DNA from: a candidate division FCPU426 bacterium
GTDB lineage: Bacteria; Oederibacteriota; Muellerivitia; Muellerivitales; Muellerivitaceae
Length of the DNA: 64,000 nucleotides
Assembly (NCBI GenBank): GCA_963796105.1
Contig: CAWCKJ010000012.1
Span: 160,001-224,000, forward strand
Direction of reading: 5' to 3'
The number at the start of each line of letters is the position of its first letter. Position 1 is the first letter of the stretch. Of this stretch, positions 31,289 through 42,368 are shown in pieces. The notes below the pieces were generated by a model. That model made no database searches. It was not told where the DNA came from and worked only from the letters and a program-made list of their open reading frames with translations. The translations under genes and the position numbers were made by a program.

Positions 31289-32359
31289 TTAAATCTCAAA
31301 CGCTAAATCCGCGAAGGATTGATCGGCTAAAACCCCTTTCTTGAATCCTTCCCTCAACTCCATCAGCAAATGATCTAAAATCATACGGCTTGAAAGATTT
31401 GTTTCAATCAAATCCTGGTGTATCCTGATCCGGTTCAAAACCGTTTCCGGGGGCAATGACGATAAAGGTTTCGGGATATCCGCTTCCCCCGTTAGGCGCT
31501 TCCGCCAATAGGCCAAATAAACCTGAAGGACAGTTCTCATGACCAAGGTTTTCCGCTGGGTGGCGGTCAATACCGCGTCCCCAATGAACTCCGGCTCCCA
31601 TTGCTCGTATTCCGTGGTCAAGGAAAGCCAGTCCCCTTCCGGCCCGGTCAAAACCCGGTCCAGATCGCTTTTGACTTTCGCCTTAAAATCCGTCCAAAAG
31701 GGCTCGGCTTCCCTTAACGCTTGGGTGATATCCCCCTCCGCCTCTCCTGCCGCGTTTCGCGCTTTGACAGGATCCCAGCCGTGATTTTTCACGAGGATTT
31801 CCTCTATTTTAACGCGCGGGATGGGGTGAAACCGGACCGGCCTGCACCTTGAGAGGATCGTCGGCAAAAGAGCGTTCACTTTCTCGGTTATCAGGATGAT
31901 GTAGGTTGCCGCGGGCGGCTCTTCCAGGGTCTTTAAAAGAACGTTTTGTGCTTCCTCATTCATCTCATGGGCGTCGGGAATGACCGCGATTTTATAGGGG
32001 GCCGAAAGGGGCGCCCTGTTGATTTTTTGGGCTAAAAGCTTGGCGGTATTGACGATGATCCCTTGTTTTTTCCGGTCGTCTTTCTCATCGGACCAGAAAT
32101 GGTCCCGATGGACCCAAAACAGGTCCGGATGGGTTTTATTGAGCACCTGCCTGCAGGAGACACAAATCCCGCAGTCTTTGCCTTGCGAGCAAAACAAGCT
32201 CCGGGCCAGGGCCAAAGCGTAGGTTTTCTTGCCGGTTCCGGCTGGGCCCGTCCAAAGAAAGGATTGGACCCCAGGATTTTTCTTTATCCCGAGAAGGATC
32301 CGCTGGACCTCGGGCTGGGAATCAAGCATTTCCAAACGGGGAATGACTAAATCAGCCAT
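31289..32359 (-). CDS. holB: DNA polymerase III delta' subunit
   Basis: GPAGTGKK, C4 zinc motif, HPDL, NVLLKTLEEP, LLPTILSRC; follows tmk. Confidence 0.9.
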   Translation of the reverse strand: MADLVIPRLEMLDSQPEVQRILLGIKKNPGVQSFLWTGPAGTGKKTYALALARSLFCSQGKDCGICVSCRQVLNKTHPDLFWVHRDHFWSDEKDDRKKQGIIVNTAKLLAQKINRAPLSAPYKIAVIPDAHEMNEEAQNVLLKTLEEPPAATYIILITEKVNALLPTILSRCRPVRFHPIPRVKIEEILVKNHGWDPVKARNAAGEAEGDITQALREAEPFWTDFKAKVKSDLDRVLTGPEGDWLSLTTEYEQWEPEFIGDAVLTATQRKTLVMRTVLQVYLAYWRKRLTGEADIPKPLSSLPPETVLNRIRIHQDLIETNLSSRMILDHLLMELREGFKKGVLADQSFADLAFEI

Positions 32360-33012
32360 GAAATAGTCTCTTTCTCCATTTGGGCGGAAGACGATGGGAC
32401 AAGCCCTGAAATCATATCCTGATAGACGTTTTCCAAGGGTTTCGATCCATCCAGGACCAGGAACCTTTTGGGTTCTTTGCGGGCGATCTCCAGAAAGGCC
32501 TTCCGGACTTTTTGATGGAATTGAATTTTCTCTTTTTCCATGCGGTCCTTTCCCCTCCCCCTTTTGGAAACACGCCGGAGGCCCAGGGGCGCTGGCAGGT
32601 CCACGAGAATCGTCAGGTCCGGATGAAGGTTCCGCGCGGCGATTTCATTCATTTTGGAGAGAATTTCCATGGAAAATCCCCTTCCGCCGCCTTGATAAGC
32701 CAGCGTGGAATCGGTGTAACGGTCGCAAAGAATTACTTTTCCATCGTTTAACGATGGCTGAATGACTTCCCTCACGTGCTGGGCCCTGTCGGCCAGGAAA
32801 AGGAACAGCTCAGCCTCGGTGGTCAGCGCGTAATCCAGCCGGTTCAATATCCAATTCCGCAAATGGGTCGAAAGTTTTGACCCCCCCGGCTCCCTTGTTT
32901 GCACATTGGAAATCTTTTGCCGGATCAAAAATCTCCGCAAAAGTTTCATTTGCGTCGTTTTTCCGGAGCCTTCCGGGCCCTCAAAAGTAATAAAATATCC
33001 CCTATGCCGCAT
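32347..33012 (-). CDS. tmk: Thymidylate kinase
   Basis: FITFEGPEGSGKTTQ, TREPGG, CDRYTDSTLAYQG; ATG 33012 (ORF track start 33039). Confidence 0.96.
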   Translation of the reverse strand: MRHRGYFITFEGPEGSGKTTQMKLLRRFLIRQKISNVQTREPGGSKLSTHLRNWILNRLDYALTTEAELFLFLADRAQHVREVIQPSLNDGKVILCDRYTDSTLAYQGGGRGFSMEILSKMNEIAARNLHPDLTILVDLPAPLGLRRVSKRGRGKDRMEKEKIQFHQKVRKAFLEIARKEPKRFLVLDGSKPLENVYQDMISGLVPSSSAQMEKETISWLI

Positions 33013-33084
33013 TCCGATCAGACTCCCTGGTTCGTTCATGACTGAAGGACATTATCTTACAGCCCCTTGTTGGGCTTTTCCCAA

Positions 33085-33122
33085 AATAAAAAAAGCCCCG
33101 TTCCATTTCGAAACGGGGCTTC
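33085..33122 (-). terminator. Intrinsic terminator after rplL
   Basis: AAGCCCCGTT...AACGGGGCTT stem followed by a U-tract on the minus strand. Confidence 0.8.
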
Positions 33123-33135
33123 GAATTAATGTTTA

Positions 33136-33513
33136 TTACTTAACTTCCAACTCCGCGCCGGAATCCTTGAACTTGGCGAGCATTTGGTCGGCTTCAGCCT
33201 TGGAAATTCCGGTTTTAACGGGTTTCGGGGCTCCATCCACCAAATCCTTGGCTTCCTTGAGTCCCAATCCCGTGACTTCCCGAACCACTTTGATAACGGA
33301 AATCTTGTTTCCGCCGGCGCTCTTCAGGATCACGTCAAAAGAGGTCTTCTCCTCCGCCGCAGCGGCACCCGCTCCGGCGGCTGCCGCGGCCGCGACCGGC
33401 GCCGAGGCTGACACGCCGAACTTGGTCTCAAGAGCCTTGACCAGCTCGTTTAATTCCAGGACGCTCATCTGTTCGATGGACGCGATCAACTCGTCTTTCG
33501 TTAAAGTAGCCAT
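33136..33513 (-). CDS. rplL: 50S ribosomal protein L7/L12
   Basis: [22 protein letters not shown]. Confidence 0.98.
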   Translation of the reverse strand: MATLTKDELIASIEQMSVLELNELVKALETKFGVSASAPVAAAAAAGAGAAAAEEKTSFDVILKSAGGNKISVIKVVREVTGLGLKEAKDLVDGAPKPVKTGISKAEADQMLAKFKDSGAELEVK

Positions 33514-33586
33514 TTTAAACTTCCTCCATTTTTAATTTCTAATGCGTCCCGTTTCCCGACAGGAATTCCGGGACAAGGTGAATAAA

Positions 33587-34132
33587 TTAAGCGGCCTTAG
33601 CCTTCGCTTCCTTGACGGCGTTGAGGGCGTAAACCAGCTTCCGCATGGGCCCGGCCAGGACCTGAACGATTCCCGTTACCGGCGACATCATGCTTCCAAG
33701 CATCTTCGCTAAAAGCTCCTCACGGCTGGGCAGGTTCGCGAGTATCTTGATTTCCTGCACCGTGATTTTCCGGCCATCCATCCAGCCGCCCTTCAAAACC
33801 AGCTTTGCGTGCTCCTTGGCGAACTTGGAAAGAACCCTGGCTGGCGCCACGGCGTCCCCCTTCGCGAGGGCGATAGCCGTAGGGCCGACCAAAAGATCGT
33901 CCAACGCGTTGATATTGGCCTTGTTCAGCGCCAAACGCGCCAAGTTGTTTTTGACAACATGGTACTCAACGTTGGCCTTGAATAACTGGGCCCGCAATTG
34001 GGTGACTTCCTCCACCGTTAAACCGGTGTAGCCGGTCACCACCGCCGACTTGGATGACTGGACCTGTCCGGTGAGTTTCTCGATGACCGCGACCTTCTCA
34101 GGCAGGGGTACGCTTCTTTTAAAATCAACCAT
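33587..34132 (-). CDS. rplJ: 50S ribosomal protein L10
   Basis: YTGLTV, VVKNNLARLA, LANLPSREEL. Confidence 0.96.
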   Translation of the reverse strand: MVDFKRSVPLPEKVAVIEKLTGQVQSSKSAVVTGYTGLTVEEVTQLRAQLFKANVEYHVVKNNLARLALNKANINALDDLLVGPTAIALAKGDAVAPARVLSKFAKEHAKLVLKGGWMDGRKITVQEIKILANLPSREELLAKMLGSMMSPVTGIVQVLAGPMRKLVYALNAVKEAKAKAA

Positions 34133-34199
34133 TACAATCACCACCCTTCTTCCTTAATGAGTGATAAAACTGGGGAGGGTTGGGATCTTGATTCCTCAA

Positions 34200-34341
34200 G
34201 ATAAAAAAAAACCCCTCACCCGAAACGACCGGATGAAAGGTATGAAATAACCTAAAATTTCCGGATCATCTCGGCGGGAATGATTAAGACTTTTTGCCCC
34301 ATCATGAGCGGCAAAAAATCACCCGCTGTCTTCGACATCCC
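34200..34341 (-). promoter_or_regulatory. L10 leader (ribosomal protein autoregulatory RNA) with attenuator-like hairpin
   Basis: Minus strand CGAAGACAGCGGG...TTAAT...CCCGCCGAG pattern upstream of rplJ, then a hairpin and U-tract. Confidence 0.75.
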
Positions 34342-34469
34342 TACACGCCGGGAGAATATACTTAATTTTCCCAGCGGCTTACAAGATTAAAACTTAACCT
34401 ACCCAAGAAAACCCACATTTCCAAGCAACAGCAGCCTTCTTGGTATACTTCTTAAAGCCCGGATCTCAA

Positions 34470-35183
34470 TTACTGGTTCTTGACTGTCCTAGTGTACTCG
34501 GTCGTGTCCAACTTGATCCCAGGCCCCATGCTGGAGGATAAATGCGCTGAAATCAGGTAAGTTCCCTTGGCTGACGCGGGTTTTACGGATACTAAAGTCT
34601 TAATCAAGGTATCAGCGTTTCCCTGGATTTGGCTCTCGGTGAATTGAATCTTGCCGATACCAGTATGGCAAATTCCCTGGTCATCCACGCGGTATTCTAT
34701 TTTACCGGCCTTGATTTCCTTAACCGCCCGGGCGACGTCGGGGGTGACCGTGCCGGCTTTGGGATTTGGCATTAACCCTTTAGGCCCCAAAACTTTTCCT
34801 AATTTTCCAGTTTCCCTCATGATATCCGGGGTCGCGACTAAAACGTCAAAATCCAGGAAACCACCGGCGATCTTCTCGATCAAATCGCTGTCTCCGGCAA
34901 TATCGGCGCCCGCGGCTTCCGCTTCCTTCACTTTCTCGCCCTTGGCCAGAACAGCCACCTTGAGGGTATTACCGGTTCCATGGGGCAATGAAACTGTCCC
35001 GCGGACCTGTTGGTCGGCTTTTTTGGGGTCAACACCGAGCTTGATGTGCAATTCAATTGTTTCGTTGAACTTTGCCGGGGCGGCTTTCTTGATAAGCGCG
35101 ACGGCTTCGGCGAGGGGATACGCTTTTGTCTTGTCAATCAGCTCAATATTTTTCCTATGACGCTTGCTGGCTTTCTTACCCAT
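34470..35183 (-). CDS. rplA: 50S ribosomal protein L1
   Basis: [34 protein letters not shown] 35183. Confidence 0.97.
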   Translation of the reverse strand: MGKKASKRHRKNIELIDKTKAYPLAEAVALIKKAAPAKFNETIELHIKLGVDPKKADQQVRGTVSLPHGTGNTLKVAVLAKGEKVKEAEAAGADIAGDSDLIEKIAGGFLDFDVLVATPDIMRETGKLGKVLGPKGLMPNPKAGTVTPDVARAVKEIKAGKIEYRVDDQGICHTGIGKIQFTESQIQGNADTLIKTLVSVKPASAKGTYLISAHLSSSMGPGIKLDTTEYTRTVKNQ

Positions 35184-35194
35184 CAGATTCCTCC

Positions 35195-35235
35195 CGTGGT
35201 TCAAACGTCCCGCCTTTTCGGGCAGGACTCCCACA
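35195..35235 (-). promoter_or_regulatory. L1-binding leader upstream of rplA
   Basis: GTGGGAG-hairpin-ACCAC motif just before the rplA RBS. Confidence 0.6.
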
Positions 35236-35312
35236 GATTAATTTAATTTTCCGGCTATCTTCGCGACTTTTTAAACACATGAGCCAATTACAAAAACCTT
35301 GTGAAACAAACC

Positions 35313-35738
35313 TTACTTTTGGACCTCAATGCCCATGCTTCTTGCGGTTCCTTCCACCATACGGATCGCGGAATCGAGCTTCTGCGCGTTCAAATCAGGC
35401 ATTTTGGTTTTCGCGATTTCCATGACTTGTTGCGGTGTGACTTTCCCGACTTTTTGTTTATTCGGAACCGGGGACCCTTTGGCCAGGCCCGCCGCTTTAA
35501 GAAGGAGAACCGAAGCCGGGGGGGTTTTAGTCACGAACGTGAACGATCTGTCCTTATAAATGGATATGACTACGGGTATGATTAATCCCTCTTGTTTTTG
35601 GGTCGCGGCGTTGAATTGCTTGCAGAATTCCATGATATTAACGCCATGCTGGCCCAAAGCCGGCCCCACCGGCGGCGCCGGATTCGCTTTTCCGGCTGGA
35701 ATCTGAAGTTTCACAAGAGCGTTTATTTCTTTTGCCAT
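35313..35738 (-). CDS. rplK: 50S ribosomal protein L11
   Basis: [28 protein letters not shown]. Confidence 0.98.
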   Translation of the reverse strand: MAKEINALVKLQIPAGKANPAPPVGPALGQHGVNIMEFCKQFNAATQKQEGLIIPVVISIYKDRSFTFVTKTPPASVLLLKAAGLAKGSPVPNKQKVGKVTPQQVMEIAKTKMPDLNAQKLDSAIRMVEGTARSMGIEVQK

Positions 35739-35809
35739 GACCTTTTCCTAATCATCCTTTTTATTTTTTAGCCGTTCTTTCCGATTCCGAACGCAAGGCT
35801 AAAATGACT

Positions 35810-36340
35810 TTATTCCTTTTCGATTTGGTGGAATTCCAATTCCACGGGGGTTTGACGGCCGAAGATGGTTACCATGACCTTCACCCGTTCCCTTTCAGGA
35901 TTGATTTCTTCCACGGAGCCTGAAAAATTCGAGAACGGACCGTCCATCACCTTGACCAAATCGCCCTTTTCAAACTGGCTCTTGAGGGCCCGGCGTTCCC
36001 GGCGTTTTCCGATATGCTCCAAAATAGCGGTGACTTCCTCATCTGGCAGGGGAATGGGCTTATTTCCCGATCCCACGAAACTTGTCACTTTGGGGGTGTT
36101 CCTGACAACGGACCAGGAATTCTCGTCCATATCCATTTCCACCAGGATATAACCTGGGAAAAATTTCTTGTTCAGTACCCTCTTCTTGCCCCCCCTTGTT
36201 TCCGTCACTTCTTCCGAGGGAATCAGGATCTGGAAGATCTTCTCCTCCATTTTCATGCTTTTGATCCGGTTTTCGAGGTTTGTTTTCACCTTTGACTCAT
36301 ACCCGGAATAAGTGTTGATGACGTACCAGCGTTTTGCCAT
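35810..36340 (-). CDS. nusG: Transcription termination/antitermination factor NusG
   Basis: WYVINTYSGYE, FPGYILVEM, KOW GPFSNFSG, IFGRQTPVEL. Confidence 0.98.
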   Translation of the reverse strand: MAKRWYVINTYSGYESKVKTNLENRIKSMKMEEKIFQILIPSEEVTETRGGKKRVLNKKFFPGYILVEMDMDENSWSVVRNTPKVTSFVGSGNKPIPLPDEEVTAILEHIGKRRERRALKSQFEKGDLVKVMDGPFSNFSGSVEEINPERERVKVMVTIFGRQTPVELEFHQIEKE

Positions 36341-36360
36341 TTCGAGGATTCCCTCTCCTT

Positions 36361-36546
36361 TTATTTAACGATCAGCTTCATCAGGTTGCTGATGATTAGG
36401 TCGTAAACTGCCAATAATACCATCACAAACCCGATGGTGACGCATACGACGGAGGTCGAGCCCTTGATTTCCTCAAGGGACGGCCAGGAAATTTTTTTAA
36501 ATTCCGCCCTGGCTTCCGCATAAAACTGTCTTAATTGTTGTAACAT
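36361..36546 (-). CDS. secE: Preprotein translocase subunit SecE
   Basis: EFKKISWPS plus one TM helix; position upstream of nusG. Confidence 0.93.
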   Translation of the reverse strand: MLQQLRQFYAEARAEFKKISWPSLEEIKGSTSVVCVTIGFVMVLLAVYDLIISNLMKLIVK

Positions 36547-36579
36547 TCCTCACCCTTCAAAAAGTGCTTGCGATCTGGA

Positions 36580-36655
36580 TGGCAGGGCAGGCAGGATTCG
36601 AACCTGCAACGCGCGGTTTTGGAGACCGCCGCTCTACCGTTAGAGCTACTGCCCT
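36580..36655 (-). tRNA. tRNA-Trp (CCA)
   Basis: AGGGCAGTAGCTCTAACGGTAGAGCGGCGGTCTCCAAAACCGC...TTCGAATCC...CCA cloverleaf. Confidence 0.96.
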
Positions 36656-36715
36656 ATGGAAAAGCTTTGAAACGCCATATGCGTAAAATCCCAAAATGAT
36701 CTTATGGGTTTTCCC

Positions 36716-36865
36716 TCATTTCGTTTCTTTGTGCAGGGTATGCTTTCGGCACCACCTGCAATATTTCTTAACTTCCAGCTTATCCGGGGTTTTGCGTTTG
36801 TCCCGGGTTTTATTGTAGTTTCTCCGCTTGCAATCCGAGCAAGCCAATGTTATTTGCTCTCGCAT
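36716..36865 (-). CDS. rpmG: 50S ribosomal protein L33 (zinc-binding form)
   Basis: Manual translation: [49 protein letters not shown] (49 aa). Confidence 0.96.
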   Translation of the reverse strand: MREQITLACSDCKRRNYNKTRDKRKTPDKLEVKKYCRWCRKHTLHKETK

Positions 36866-36894
36866 CCAATTTCCTTATTGAGCCAGACTTTAAC

Positions 36895-38085
<1,191 letters not shown>

Positions 38086-38127
38086 TTATTCGCCTCCCGG
38101 ATGTTTAAATACAACCTTTTCATGTAA

Positions 38128-38203
<76 letters not shown>

Positions 38204-38224
38204 GGGGATATTGCAAGAATAGGT

Positions 38225-38252
38225 ATTTTACGTTTCACCCCCCCTCTGTCAA
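38225..38252 (-). promoter_or_regulatory. Sigma70-type promoter for tRNA-Thr(GGT)-tuf
   Basis: TTGACA-16 nt-TAAAAT on the minus strand. Confidence 0.65.
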
Positions 38253-38334
38253 GGAGAAAGGGCTGAAAAAAGGCCGTTTTACCGATGCAAGTCCAACAAT
38301 TCCAACCTAAGCTTTGCCGTCCAATTTACCGCCT

Positions 38335-39732
38335 TTAACCTTTTCCATGGGGATCCACCAGTACTCCAAGTTTCACCAGTTGATTGTATTTTTCCTCAGT
38401 AAGCAGTTTTTTTTCTAAAACGACTTTTTTGATGGTCAAGCCTTCCCGCATCGCCTCTTTTACGACTTCCGCGGCTTTTTCATATCCTATGACGGGATTC
38501 AAAGCGGTCGCGATGGACAAACTTTTCTCCGCCAATTCCTGGCAGCGTTTTAGATCGGCTTTGATCCCTATCACGCATTTCTCCTCAAACACCAGGAGCA
38601 TCCGGGTCAACAGCAGGATGGCTTGATTAAAGTTGTACGCGATGACTGGCATCATCACGTTTAATTCCAGCTGGCCCGCCTGGGCCGCGAATACCAGCGT
38701 CGTATCATGCCCTAAAACCTGAAAACAAACCATGTTGAGGCATTCCGCCATCACCGGATTCACCTTACCCGGCATAATTGAGGAGCCTGGTTGCATAGTG
38801 GGAAGAATGATTTCCCCAAAACCAGTCGCGGGACCGCTGGTCATGAGCCTAAAATCATTCGCGATCCGAATGAGATCCAAGGCTAGGTTGCGCAGCGTGT
38901 TTGAAACGGATACAACCGGCGCCATGCTTTGCATGGCTTCAAACAAGTTCGGATGACTTTTCAAACGCAGACCCGTCTGCTCCGATAGAAGCCTTGCCAT
39001 GGATTTAGAGTATTGGGGATGGGTATTCAATCCTGAACCCACGGCGGAACCGCCGATTCCCAGTTCCTCCAGGTCTTTCGAGGCGTTTTGGATCCTGACG
39101 AAATGCCGTTTCAAGTTTTCACCGTAAGCCGTGAATTCCTGGCCAAGGGTGACAGGCGCGGCATCCTGCAGATGGGTTCTTCCCGATTTGAAAGCTCGCT
39201 TGAATTCATTGCCTTTTATAAAAAAGGTTTTAGAGAGTTTATTGAGGGCGGGCAAAAGATCACGAATCAACATCAAGCCGGAGAGGCGGATTGCGGTAGG
39301 GATCACATCGTTTGTCGATTGGCCCATATTGACGTGGTCATTCGGGTGAATTTGTTTGTAATCGCCGCGTTTTCCTCCGAGCATTTCGATGGCCCTGTTT
39401 GCCAAAACCTCGTTCGTGTTCATGTTATGGCTGGTGCCGGCGCCGGCTTGGTAAACATCGACGACGAATTGGTCAATCCACCGGTCATTTTTCAGGATTT
39501 CATCAGCCGCCTTGATAATGGCTTTGCTTTTTTTCTTATCCAGCCAACCCGCCTTGCCGTGAAATCGCGCCGCGGCCTTCTTGATGTGGACTGTGGCTTG
39601 AATAAAAACCTTGTTGGGTTTTATCCCGCTGATTGGAAAATTTTGGATCGCTCTTTGAGTTTGAACTCCCCAGAGGGCCTCGCTTGGAACTTTTAAATCG
39701 CCGATAGAGTCATGTTCAATGCGGAAATTCAT
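38335..39732 (-). CDS. Aspartate ammonia-lyase / class II fumarate hydratase family
   Basis: GSSIMPGKVNP signature, QSTND, GRTHLQDA, GAGTSHNMN; aspA and fumC cannot be told apart by eye. Confidence 0.9.
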   Translation of the reverse strand: MNFRIEHDSIGDLKVPSEALWGVQTQRAIQNFPISGIKPNKVFIQATVHIKKAAARFHGKAGWLDKKKSKAIIKAADEILKNDRWIDQFVVDVYQAGAGTSHNMNTNEVLANRAIEMLGGKRGDYKQIHPNDHVNMGQSTNDVIPTAIRLSGLMLIRDLLPALNKLSKTFFIKGNEFKRAFKSGRTHLQDAAPVTLGQEFTAYGENLKRHFVRIQNASKDLEELGIGGSAVGSGLNTHPQYSKSMARLLSEQTGLRLKSHPNLFEAMQSMAPVVSVSNTLRNLALDLIRIANDFRLMTSGPATGFGEIILPTMQPGSSIMPGKVNPVMAECLNMVCFQVLGHDTTLVFAAQAGQLELNVMMPVIAYNFNQAILLLTRMLLVFEEKCVIGIKADLKRCQELAEKSLSIATALNPVIGYEKAAEVVKEAMREGLTIKKVVLEKKLLTEEKYNQLVKLGVLVDPHGKG

Positions 39733-39910
39733 AGAATACCTCCCCATGCATTCCTAAAATCATTAAAACAATAATAACGACATGTGAACATTATTTTGAA
39801 AGATTGTGGAAACTTTTAAAACACTGGAACGCACCCGAAAGAATTGAAAATCCTCATATTCAATACACATCATTTCTAAGGCCTATTTCAGAATTATAAA
39901 ATCGGGGGTC

Positions 39911-41710
39911 CTAAAGGTTTTTAGTGATGAATTGGAAAAGGGCTTTGGCCGCGTCCTCCGGACCGCTATTTTCAAATCCGGAGATTCCCAAGCGGGTCCT
40001 GAGTTGGCCGACTTTTTTCCCGGTTTTCAACAAATGGCCCACGAATTTCTCGGCCAAGGCCTCATGAAGTTTTTTCTTTTGCGGGGCGCCAAAAGGATTG
40101 GCGAAATAAGTATGGGTCAAGCCTTTCTCATCAGTGGTTCCTTTGGCTAACCTGGCCCCGCTTGAGAACACTTGAATGATTTGTTGGGGATCAGTCATGA
40201 TTTCTAAAATCGGGTGTTCCTCATCCACATTGTCGTAATTGTTCGCGTAAAGGAACATATCGACGGGATATCCCGCCACGACATGCCGGTAGTCGGTGAT
40301 CGGCATGACCAGACGGGCGTTACCCAAATGGGGATTCATGAAAACCGAACGGTCAATTTCAATATAAGCGTACCCGGGATTGAGGTCGTCCAATCGGATA
40401 AAGGCGCCGATCTCCGTGCCGCGGGCTAGGATATTTCCATCCGGGCCGAAGGTCAGGGATCCCATGTCATCAAAAATGACCGTTATTTGGCGAATATACT
40501 GGCTTGCTAACACTCGAAACGCCTCTAGTGACTCGGACTTGCCTGCCCCGGAATCACCCACGATTACCACATGAGCGCTTTTCCCGGATTTCAAGTCGAT
40601 CTTCGCCATGGCCCCATGGATGGGAAGGTTTCCCCGCTCGATCATGATTAAATTGTGAATCGTCAAGGCGGTCTTCTTGAAATACCCGAAATAATCAACA
40701 TCGGTCAGGTGGTAGGCGACAGCCCCCACTATCATGTCGTTTTGCTTGTCCTCGTAAAAACCCACCAACTGGTTATTCATGAGGGATGGGTCAACCCCAA
40801 AAAGCATGATCCCATCCGGTTTGCGGTTGGAAATTTCCTCGGCGCCCGCGAGCTCGAAAAGGTTGGAAAGCCCGGCCGCGTGTGAAACGAAATTCTTATG
40901 GAAATAAATAAAAACGATAAGGTTTCCTATTTTAGCCGGGAAACATAGCCAGCGAGTCGGGTCCAATCCAATGGTTTCCAATGGATTTTTGGCTAGCGAG
41001 TTGAACTTCCCTTTCCGCTTATTGCTTTTTGTGTAGTAAATCAAGGGCGGATAAATGAGGGATAAACGGATGAAGGGAATATTTTTTAATTTTTGGTAGA
41101 AATCAGGGGGGCAATTCCAGGGAATTTTTTCAGCCAGAAGGGCCATTCCAACACCCGATGGAATTTGCCGGTAAACCTTAAACCAATCCCCCACAACATG
41201 GGCGCAAATCAACCTGTAGGTATTCAAAACCAGGAGCTTAAACTGCTCGTTTGCCTGGATGAATATTTGGTAGTAATCCTTCAGCTCGATGCTTCCATGC
41301 TGCTCTTCCCGGTCGTAGATAACAAAACGTTCCCGTCTTCTCCAGTAGGTATAAAGCTCCTCGATGAAATCCTTCAAAACCACGCGATTGATGTTCGCCA
41401 ATGCTTTTTCGCTTGTTTCCTTATCCAAGAGATTTTTAAAAAAAGACGCGATTTTCCGGCTGTCGAACTCATCCCCCGTCTTGAAATCCTTCACGCAAGA
41501 TAATAAAGGGGATTCTTGGCTGGAGAGTTCTGCCAGGTAATGATGAAGAATCAGCTTAAAGGCGTCGCTGGAAAGGAATTCCTCGGATGTTTTGCATAAC
41601 CCCGGATGACCGTATAACAAAACGCGGTTATCCATAAATTCGTTGATTTCAATGACCGGATTGGGGTTACCGGGAATGTCCGAAACGGATATTTCTTTTT
41701 CCGAGTGCAT
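39911..41710 (-). CDS. Phosphoenolpyruvate carboxykinase-like P-loop protein (atypical family)
   Basis: YFGYFKK, IHGAM, GDSGAGKSE, FDD, NPFG motifs follow the PEPCK pattern. Confidence 0.65.
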   Translation of the reverse strand: MHSEKEISVSDIPGNPNPVIEINEFMDNRVLLYGHPGLCKTSEEFLSSDAFKLILHHYLAELSSQESPLLSCVKDFKTGDEFDSRKIASFFKNLLDKETSEKALANINRVVLKDFIEELYTYWRRRERFVIYDREEQHGSIELKDYYQIFIQANEQFKLLVLNTYRLICAHVVGDWFKVYRQIPSGVGMALLAEKIPWNCPPDFYQKLKNIPFIRLSLIYPPLIYYTKSNKRKGKFNSLAKNPLETIGLDPTRWLCFPAKIGNLIVFIYFHKNFVSHAAGLSNLFELAGAEEISNRKPDGIMLFGVDPSLMNNQLVGFYEDKQNDMIVGAVAYHLTDVDYFGYFKKTALTIHNLIMIERGNLPIHGAMAKIDLKSGKSAHVVIVGDSGAGKSESLEAFRVLASQYIRQITVIFDDMGSLTFGPDGNILARGTEIGAFIRLDDLNPGYAYIEIDRSVFMNPHLGNARLVMPITDYRHVVAGYPVDMFLYANNYDNVDEEHPILEIMTDPQQIIQVFSSGARLAKGTTDEKGLTHTYFANPFGAPQKKKLHEALAEKFVGHLLKTGKKVGQLRTRLGISGFENSGPEDAAKALFQFITKNL

Positions 41711-41797
41711 GATGAGTACCTTTTAAACTCCTAAGAAATTTGGGAATGAATCCTTTTTCTTTATCCTTTCCTCATGAAAGAGGAAGGAGATAAAAAA

Positions 41798-41872
41798 TGG
41801 AGCGGGAGACCGGATTCGAACCGGCGACGTCCACCTTGGAAGGGTGGCATTCTACCACTGAATTACTCCCGC
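41798..41872 (-). tRNA. tRNA-Gly (TCC)
   Basis: GCGGGAGTAATTCAGTGGTAGAATGCCACCCTTCCAAGGTGG...CCA. Confidence 0.96.
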
Positions 41873-41914
41873 CTTTTGGGTCAATCTATCTTAAAGCGGA
41901 TTGAAAAGTAAAGA

Positions 41915-42001
41915 TGGTGGACAGGGAAGGATTCGAACCTTCGAAGGCCGTCGGCCGGCAGATTTACAGTCTGCTCCCATTGACCACTCGGGCACCTGTC
42001 C
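41915..42001 (-). tRNA. tRNA-Tyr (GTA)
   Basis: GGACAGGTGCCCGAGTGG...CTGTAAA...long variable arm...CCA. Confidence 0.96.
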
Positions 42002-42120
42002 ATTTTTCACTTATAATTACCCGCATAACCTTTAATACCGATAATAAAATTTAAATAATTTACCAAAAAAGGTTTCTGGCTTCTCGGAAATTTCCCCCTT
42101 CTCCATTTTTTTAAAAATGA

Positions 42121-42196
42121 TGGAGCTGGCGACCGGAATCGGACCGGTGACCTGCCGCTTACAAGGCGGCTGCTCTACCAACTGAGCTACGCCAGC
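42121..42196 (-). tRNA. tRNA-Thr (TGT)
   Basis: GCTGGCGTAGCTCAGTTGGTAGAGCAGCCGCCTTGTAAGCGGC...CCA; T-loop reads TCCGATT. Confidence 0.94.
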
Positions 42197-42323
42197 CCGT
42201 GGTATGCCGTTTGGATACCCATTCAGCATGCATAACCGCAACGATTTTAACCAGCCTGAATAAAGCCTTGCCTAAAAACCCTTCAAGCCTGTGAAGTGCT
42301 CAAAACCCAACAAAGGAAAAGGG

Positions 42324-42352
42324 ATTATAGAAGTGGCCCATAAGCCCGTCAA
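42324..42352 (-). promoter_or_regulatory. Sigma70-type promoter for the tRNA cluster
   Basis: TTGACG-17 nt-TATAAT on the minus strand. Confidence 0.7.
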
Positions 42353-42368
42353 GCAAGCCCGCTTGATT

